Positions 45,701-50,599 of a stretch of DNA of 50,599 nucleotides are shown here, piece after piece. A model generated the notes under the pieces. That model did not search any database. It had not been told where the DNA came from and saw nothing but the letters and a program-made list of their open reading frames with translations. The number at the start of each line of letters is the position of its first letter. Within the stretch, counting starts at the first letter, position 1. The position numbers and the translations under genes are program-made. The stretch is from a virus (taxonomy: Duplodnaviria > Heunggongvirae > Uroviricota > Caudoviricetes). Location of the stretch: the IMG/VR virus record IMGVR_UViG_3300022562_001204, positions 206,551 to 257,149 of that record. One strand, written 5' to 3'.

Positions 45701-48137
45701 TAAACGTCATCTGCCCGCCTGACAGAACCGATGGCGAGAACGTCCAACCCGCGTCGATGGCCGTCTGTACCTGCTGGGTGTAGATCTGGTTGGCCTGTGT
45801 GCTGGTCAATGTGAACTTCGCACTTGACTGCGCGGTACCACAGCGGTTGATCAGTGAGATCAGCTTAGCAATAGTCAATGACGTCAGATACGAGAAAGCG
45901 ATGCTGTACCGGAACGCACTGATGTTGCAGGTGGTGATCGAGGAACACCCGTAAAATGTCGACGTAAACGAAGTGCCTGCCGACATGACCCACGAACCCA
46001 CGGACGTCAGTGACGAGCAGCCATAGAACGCTCGTTCAAAGTTCGTCACACTCGTTACCGTCATGGTCGGTACAGTCGTCAGGCTGGTACAGCCATAGAA
46101 CATATACGCCATGGTCGTAACGTTGCTTGTAGAGAACGTCGGTGAGGTTGTTAGTGACTCGCACCCGTAGAACATGTACGACATGGTCGTAGCTGACGAG
46201 GTGTTCAGTGTCGGTACAGTCGTCAGGCTGGTACAGCCGTAGAACATGTACGAGAATGACGTGGAGTTGCTCGTGCTCAAGGTCGGGATCGTTGTCAAAG
46301 ACGAACACCCGTTGAACATGGACGTCAAACTGGTCGCGTTGCTGGTGTCGTACGTCGGAATCGTGGAGATCCCGGTACAATTAGCTAGGAACGAGGCAAA
46401 TGTCGTACCTGCCGTGGTTGTCAGAGTCGGCGCTGTCGTGAGACTCGTACACCCGTTCATCATCGACGTGAAGGTTGTGCCATTGCTCGTACTTAGCGCT
46501 GGAACCGTCGTCAATGATGAACACGAGGCATAGAAGTACGAGAAGTCCGTACCATTTGCCGTATTGAACGTCGGGCTGGTTGTCAGAGAGGTACAACCCT
46601 GAAGGAACCTTGCGAATGACAAGCCAGCGCTCGTATTGAACGCGGGGATTGCCGTAATAGCCCCGCAGTTGCGGAACATCTGAGCAAAGTTCGTGACATT
46701 GCTTGTCGAGAACAATCCGACAGTCGTCAGTGACGAGCAGTTGTAGAACATCTGGTACGTGCTGGTCAGCAGCGGGGTCGTTAGACCCGTCACGGACACC
46801 AGGTTCGTACAGCCAGCGAAGCACTGAGACATACTCAGCAGGCTACTCATCGTCATGTCCGCCACTGTCGTCAGAGTGGTCTGACCCTGAAAACAGGTCG
46901 ACAGAGTCGAGATGTTATTGTCTGACAGTGAATTGATGCTCGTCAGCTTGGTGCTGGTGCTGAAGTTCATCGCCGTCAACGTTTCGAAGGTGATGGTCAC
47001 CGTTCGGCTGGCTGAGGAACTGTAGGTCTTACCCAGGGACGTCGTACTGTCATAACTGCTATTGGTACCATCGCCCCAGTCAACCGTCACACCCGTGGCA
47101 GTGAAGGTCGGGATGATGATGGTGTCTCCGCTCAGTGTGAACGAGAAAACTGCCACAGACGGCAACGAGTAAGTAACCGTATTCGACCAGCTGGAATCCT
47201 GGGACAGGCTATCCGTATACTTCAGCCGAATGTAGACCACCGAGTAGGACAAGTTGTCAATGTCAACCGAGTGGTTGAAGAAGTCACCTGACGACACCGT
47301 GTCACTGATGAACACGTTTGCGAAGTTGACATCCGATGCCACTTCCCAGGTACTGCTGACCTGGGTATTTGGGGAGATAAACGAACTGCCCGACAAGTTT
47401 AGCGTGGTCGTAGACCCCGATACCGAGGTACTGGCCACGTAGACGCTGGGTTTCGATGGCGGGACATTGGTCAGCAAAGAAGCAATTGCCGCCGACAACG
47501 AGTCCAGATATGCCTGGAGGCCAATGATGTCCGAGATGGGGTGTGTATGCTGCTTCAGCGCCATCTGGCTGGAGAGGTTCAGCACGTAGTCAATGGTAGC
47601 GTAGGTCCCTTGGACCGCCAGCATGGCGTCGACAATCGACTGAATGACCGCGATCAGGTCGGACTGTCCTAGGACGTCATCGTACTCGTGGGAGTGCTCG
47701 GACGGTGGGAAGGTCTCCTGGACATCGGTCACGATGTCCCAGACGGTCACTCGGGGATTGTAAAGAATCTCCGAGAAGGTCGCCAGTACCGCCACCCGGT
47801 CAGCGACCCAGTCGCCACCCAGGGTCTGGTAGGTCAGTTTGATACTGCCTGTCAGGGTCGTGCTGTTGAAAGCCACACCGCCGTAGATGGGCTTACCCAA
47901 GCTGCGGGTGGCCCCCAGGTACATCAATGCCGCGTAGTAGTCGACATCAATGGTCAGCTCAGTCTCATTGTCGTCTTCATCGACGTGGATAACCTTGAGG
48001 TTGTCCAGATGAAACGGCGCTGCGTTGGGGACCAGGATGTAGAAGGTGTCTTCATTGATGGTGGACAGAGCGTGGACTTCGTCCTCAATGAGGTTGGTTG
48101 TCGCAGTACCAGTTTCGTCGTACGGATATACAGCCAT
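42789..48137 (-). CDS. Giant tail fibre/adhesin: phiKZ-type N-terminal anchor, Ig/PKD domains, three BspA/DUF285-like LRR modules and a C-terminal Hint domain, ~1782 aa
   Basis: N-terminus YPYDETGT..TNLI..E.H, fibre motif HTHPISDIIGL, VDWGDG twice, ~22-aa repeats MFYGCTSLTT.P, and C-terminal CVVVDS...THN. Confidence 0.8.
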   Translation of the reverse strand: MAVYPYDETGTATTNLIEDEVHALSTINEDTFYILVPNAAPFHLDNLKVIHVDEDDNETELTIDVDYYAALMYLGATRSLGKPIYGGVAFNSTTLTGSIKLTYQTLGGDWVADRVAVLATFSEILYNPRVTVWDIVTDVQETFPPSEHSHEYDDVLGQSDLIAVIQSIVDAMLAVQGTYATIDYVLNLSSQMALKQHTHPISDIIGLQAYLDSLSAAIASLLTNVPPSKPSVYVASTSVSGSTTTLNLSGSSFISPNTQVSSTWEVASDVNFANVFISDTVSSGDFFNHSVDIDNLSYSVVYIRLKYTDSLSQDSSWSNTVTYSLPSVAVFSFTLSGDTIIIPTFTATGVTVDWGDGTNSSYDSTTSLGKTYSSSASRTVTITFETLTAMNFSTSTKLTSINSLSDNNISTLSTCFQGQTTLTTVADMTMSSLLSMSQCFAGCTNLVSVTGLTTPLLTSTYQMFYNCSSLTTVGLFSTSNVTNFAQMFRNCGAITAIPAFNTSAGLSFARFLQGCTSLTTSPTFNTANGTDFSYFYASCSSLTTVPALSTSNGTTFTSMMNGCTSLTTAPTLTTTAGTTFASFLANCTGISTIPTYDTSNATSLTSMFNGCSSLTTIPTLSTSNSTSFSYMFYGCTSLTTVPTLNTSSATTMSYMFYGCESLTTSPTFSTSNVTTMAYMFYGCTSLTTVPTMTVTSVTNFERAFYGCSSLTSVGSWVMSAGTSFTSTFYGCSSITTCNISAFRYSIAFSYLTSLTIAKLISLINRCGTAQSSAKFTLTSTQANQIYTQQVQTAIDAGWTFSPSVLSGGQMTFTTASSTSVVSFTTFAASNVIVDWGDGNGQVSLGTTTTLSNSYSTPGAYTVTISYSALTSLKVGANTFLKTVTALTSNSITSWANAFANSTALTTVSGIETTSGTNFSYMFSSCTALTSVTGLTCTSGTTTSYMFYGCTALTSSPSFTSLVSVTDATYMYSGCTALTSVTLSGTTSMTTAAYMFYGCTALTTVSLATGALLTATRMFSGCQALTSVTLSSTSTITAASYMFYGCANLTAAPISNYSKMTTTAYMYYNCVNMVSTGAVSMSLNTNASYMFYGCVDLTTISSITTSSSLTTTASMFSGCTSITTVPLFTATGVTDMSGMFSGCTALTSCPTFVTTNCTNMSSMFTGCTSFLTVPLFNTAKVTNMNSFVRGCTALKTVPALDLSAVTTSMAGGSTAAPFYNCTAVTTFKVTGYTVSIDLTSLTSLSLTNLIAAINNCGTTTSGIIYRPSATTDDITTDDVAVALDAGWTLSPAAVENRMIVWWVDSDTDSTHGAYWQVFTATNVRVYSGGTSYNSGVWDGTISSSPIATLGTTSSLNLYGSTYWGKWIVVKYSTLSEIRRDSSHLDLNYIKALYFLGPNEITDAGSAFNNLYRLVTVGTLNLPDATNATNILSANTAMTSVTAINGTLLRNFTGAFSGCTALTTLPTLTTTSMLYADSMFYNCSAITTIPSTYNFSTVTTATSMCYGCTSLTTFPLLSFAACTDYTSMFYGCTALATFRMQPNTSTTVEQTFTTMFYNCSAIATISFPGFTNDIDFSDMSALSYSNLATLINSCGSAYSYGDTYYTVSSTQNTGLASYSTSTATSRGWLRTVETTTGGGGTDSSCVVVDSWLYPGLQSGDAVVGITLDAANDEYNFFRTEITNIYGISTHPCYELVTSSGAVIQVSESTPITLPETGCSVLAPDLVEGQLLYVKHYDNEPILEPLVQKNFIGFKDVVYISLGGLSYAAGMDPEHRIYTHNAVKV
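43430..46900 (-). repeat. Imperfect ~66-bp tandem coding repeats (LRR units) in three blocks
   Basis: Recurrent cagccgtagaacat units on + encode MFYGC. Confidence 0.75.
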
Positions 48138-48242
48138 GGTCAATCCTATTTTAATGGAGTCTGGTGTAAAGAGACTTGCCAACATCGGCTGGTTGTGAAT
48201 TCATAGCATTCTGTGAGTCTTTAACCCTTTCCCGAGGTCTTT

Positions 48243-49499
48243 ATGAGTTACACCTTGGTTACCGCTACGGTCCTACCCCTGTGGGTAGGCTCGGCTTGGA
48301 CGGAGAAGGATATCTCTGAAGAGATCTTCTCAGACGTCTTCCAGAATTACAAGCAGGTCTACCTGACCCTGACAAACCCAGGGATCACGGGGGACGTCTA
48401 CGTCGACATCAACGATCTGAGGCCAGAAGCCTATAGTTCAGCTCTGACGGTCACCGATTATATCACCTCCCTGGGGGACGCTACCCTGACGGTGGTGAGC
48501 TCTCTGCCGACGACCGAGGTGGTCTACGCCAAGTTCGTGGATGCCCGTCAGGGCGGGTACCAGATTCAGAAGACCCTGATTGGTGCCGACGACCTCTCTA
48601 CGCTGACTTCTGACCAGATCACGGACCTGGTGCTGACCCGGGACTCCTACAGTACGGACATGACACAGATCCACACCAGTTGCCTGGTGACCGTGAATGG
48701 ATACCTCCATCAGACGGCTGTACCCACCACCACGACAGAGGTTGCCATCTATGATGGTGCCAAGGTCCTGATCAACAGTCAGGACAACGCGGTAGGGATC
48801 ATCAGCTTTGTCGAAGTCGGCACCCTTACCAAGTACCCCTTCTTGAACTCTATTGAGATTCTACCACAGGTCGATGGAGATCCCCTGAACGGGTATATTA
48901 CCTGGGCATCCCCAGAGACACTTGACGGCAAATGCGTCATGTTGTCCCTAGGCGGGTATCTGGTCCTACCAGAAGATGACGTCTTCTGGATCTCTGGGAC
49001 GGACATCCTGACCCTCAACTTCAGCCGAATCCCCTTCCTCCAAAGACTCTATGAGTCCTCTCGGTACCTGGACCTCTCGGGGCTGGCGCTGACTGAGCTT
49101 TATGAAGGGTCAGAGAGCTACAACGTCGACGATCTCTACAGCGACGACGTGATTCAGGCTTATTTCAACATGTCTCAGTCATTCATGATCGTACTGGATG
49201 CCGAGGACCTGGTCTGGACCAAGAAGACCATGAAATCCTACAACGTCCCGAATACGTTCACGTCCTACTTTGAACCCACCCAGCCCTTGATCGGCGGCTA
49301 TGGCCGGCTTATCGAGTACTGGAAGTCCCTGGAGTACACCTTCTGGGAAATCAAGACCCACGACGGGTTCCGTCGGAAGTACATCTTCGACACAACCTAC
49401 CAGAACCTCCTGGGGCAAATCTCCCCAGCCGTGATCCCAGCACAGAAAGCCTCCCTTAATAAAGGAGTGCTTCTCGAAATCGGTACCTATGCCACGTGA
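48243..49499 (+). CDS. Conserved phiKZ-like virion structural protein, 418 aa
   Basis: Segments CLVTVNGYLH, LSLGGYL, SQSFMI and GRLIEYW. Divergent from the tail fibre gene. Confidence 0.65.
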   Translation: MSYTLVTATVLPLWVGSAWTEKDISEEIFSDVFQNYKQVYLTLTNPGITGDVYVDINDLRPEAYSSALTVTDYITSLGDATLTVVSSLPTTEVVYAKFVDARQGGYQIQKTLIGADDLSTLTSDQITDLVLTRDSYSTDMTQIHTSCLVTVNGYLHQTAVPTTTTEVAIYDGAKVLINSQDNAVGIISFVEVGTLTKYPFLNSIEILPQVDGDPLNGYITWASPETLDGKCVMLSLGGYLVLPEDDVFWISGTDILTLNFSRIPFLQRLYESSRYLDLSGLALTELYEGSESYNVDDLYSDDVIQAYFNMSQSFMIVLDAEDLVWTKKTMKSYNVPNTFTSYFEPTQPLIGGYGRLIEYWKSLEYTFWEIKTHDGFRRKYIFDTTYQNLLGQISPAVIPAQKASLNKGVLLEIGTYAT

Positions 49500-49545
49500 A
49501 CATAGCCCCCTACAGCCCACCTAGGGCTGTAGGGGGTATGCTGTC
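49497..49545. repeat. 49-bp hairpin element (bidirectional terminator), copy 2, inverted
   Basis: Its reverse complement matches 26244-26292 at 48/49 positions. Confidence 0.85.
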
Positions 49546-49968
49546 TCATGGAAAGAAGATGATGGCGATCTTCTGCCCTAGATCATTCAAGAAAGTGGTC
49601 ACTCCATTAGAAGTGTACGCACCTAAGAGGATCAGGACGATCGATGCCGTCAAACCTAGGCCTACCACCAGGGAAAGCCCCTTTGCCAGAATGGTTTTGA
49701 ACTCGGAACTACGCCTCATGTCTTCGATACGAAGATGTCCGAGCTCAGTGATGATGCTACTGAGATCCCCAACAGTACCCGTTGAGGTGGTAGTACCTTG
49801 CTGGATACCCACAAGGGTAATGACGCTTCGGAGGAAGACTCGCTGCTCGTCCTCGGTCAACCGATCAAAGATCTCAACGATGTTGTCATAGACTTGAAGG
49901 TTGTAGTGATCGCCGCCAATTTTGCGGATCTTGGCTACAACGTCATCCAGCGTTAACTCACCCGCCAC
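49546..49968 (-). CDS. Membrane protein with a C-terminal TM helix, 140 aa
   Basis: Hydrophobic segment LSLVVGLGLTASIVLILLGAY. Overlaps the upstream stop. Confidence 0.6.
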   Translation of the reverse strand: MAGELTLDDVVAKIRKIGGDHYNLQVYDNIVEIFDRLTEDEQRVFLRSVITLVGIQQGTTTSTGTVGDLSSIITELGHLRIEDMRRSSEFKTILAKGLSLVVGLGLTASIVLILLGAYTSNGVTTFLNDLGQKIAIIFFP

Positions 49969-50599
49969 CCTTGTTCCGGAGATCTTCCGCGAACTCAGTC
50001 TCCCAAAGATTGGAGATGAATCCCTTCTGCTCGTCCGTCCCCTTACCGTTGATGATACAGTTGGCGGGTTTGAATGGGAGATGGCTGACCTTGACGTGGA
50101 GATGGTACTCTTCGCCAGGCATTGTTTTGTTCAGGTAGTCCTCGACCGCATCGATCTCGATGTCGATCTTGGCCCACGTAGACGGCGTACCCGTGGTTTT
50201 GAAGACGTCCACCTCGTATCCGACATCCGGGATCCGAAGCACGGCATCCCCATCTCCGTTCTTCAGGGAGATAGTCTTGGACTCGAAGTAGTACCTCGTC
50301 TTCAGGATTCGACGGTTCGCGGAGATCTTGAAGACCTCGAAGAACGCTTCGTTCACCTCCACAGAGAACTCTTCCATGGTCTGGATTGAAGGATCATCCC
50401 CGATACGGACCTTGGTCGTATAGATGTACGTGGAAGCGGACTCCCCTGCAGGGGTCACCTTCCTCACGCGGACAGAGGTCCCGTTGTCGTAACGGGACTC
50501 CAGTTGCTCGTGTTCTTCGATGTAGGACGCCTGGCTAAGACCATCCGGATGGGTGATCTCTGCATAGATGACAACTTCGACCTCCCGCTCAGCCTTGAT
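49958..50599 (-). CDS. CYTH/triphosphate-tunnel-like protein (5' truncated by the window edge)
   Basis: Frame is open to the edge: IKAEREVEVVIYA...HEQ...RVRK...TTK...EE...KTRY...YEVDVF...KIDIEI. Confidence 0.6.
   Translation of the reverse strand: MKAEREVEVVIYAEITHPDGLSQASYIEEHEQLESRYDNGTSVRVRKVTPAGESASTYIYTTKVRIGDDPSIQTMEEFSVEVNEAFFEVFKISANRRILKTRYYFESKTISLKNGDGDAVLRIPDVGYEVDVFKTTGTPSTWAKIDIEIDAVEDYLNKTMPGEEYHLHVKVSHLPFKPANCIINGKGTDEQKGFISNLWETEFAEDLRNKGGG

Noticed and set aside
43430-46900. Possible CRISPR array or DGR repeats
   Set aside because: The repeats are degenerate, in-frame LRR codons with no unique spacers, no adenine-specific TR/VR pair and no reverse transcriptase in the window.
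1-50599. Alternative genetic code or tRNA genes
   Set aside because: Conserved genes are intact under code 11 and end at TAA, TAG and TGA. No cloverleaf was recognised.

Overview
This window looks like a segment of a phiKZ-like jumbo phage genome (Chimalliviridae-like), fairly GC-rich, read with the standard genetic code. It holds the conserved late/virion block: prohead protease, four virion RNA polymerase subunits (betaN, beta'N, betaC and a probable beta'C), a giant tail lysin with two muralytic domains, internal head proteins, a spike and a giant tail fibre. It also encodes UvsX, RNase H and an SbcC-like ATPase. Small accessory units are interleaved, several preceded by a recurring promoter-like motif RATATAYT-N5-TGA. 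The most notable item is a ~540-nt intergenic, highly base-paired minus-strand region (1150-1697) with its own promoter and terminator. It has several potential kissing loops and is a candidate new large ncRNA. It lies next to a separately promoted DHH phosphoesterase resembling CRISPR type III-associated NrN enzymes. Other highlights are a triple-module BspA/DUF285-LRR tail fibre ending in a Hint domain, two YD-like repeat paralogs (one fused to an XRE HTH), a 49-bp hairpin element duplicated 23 kb apart, and a CATA+hairpin signal after late genes. All family assignments come from motif recognition and recalled synteny, not from database searches.
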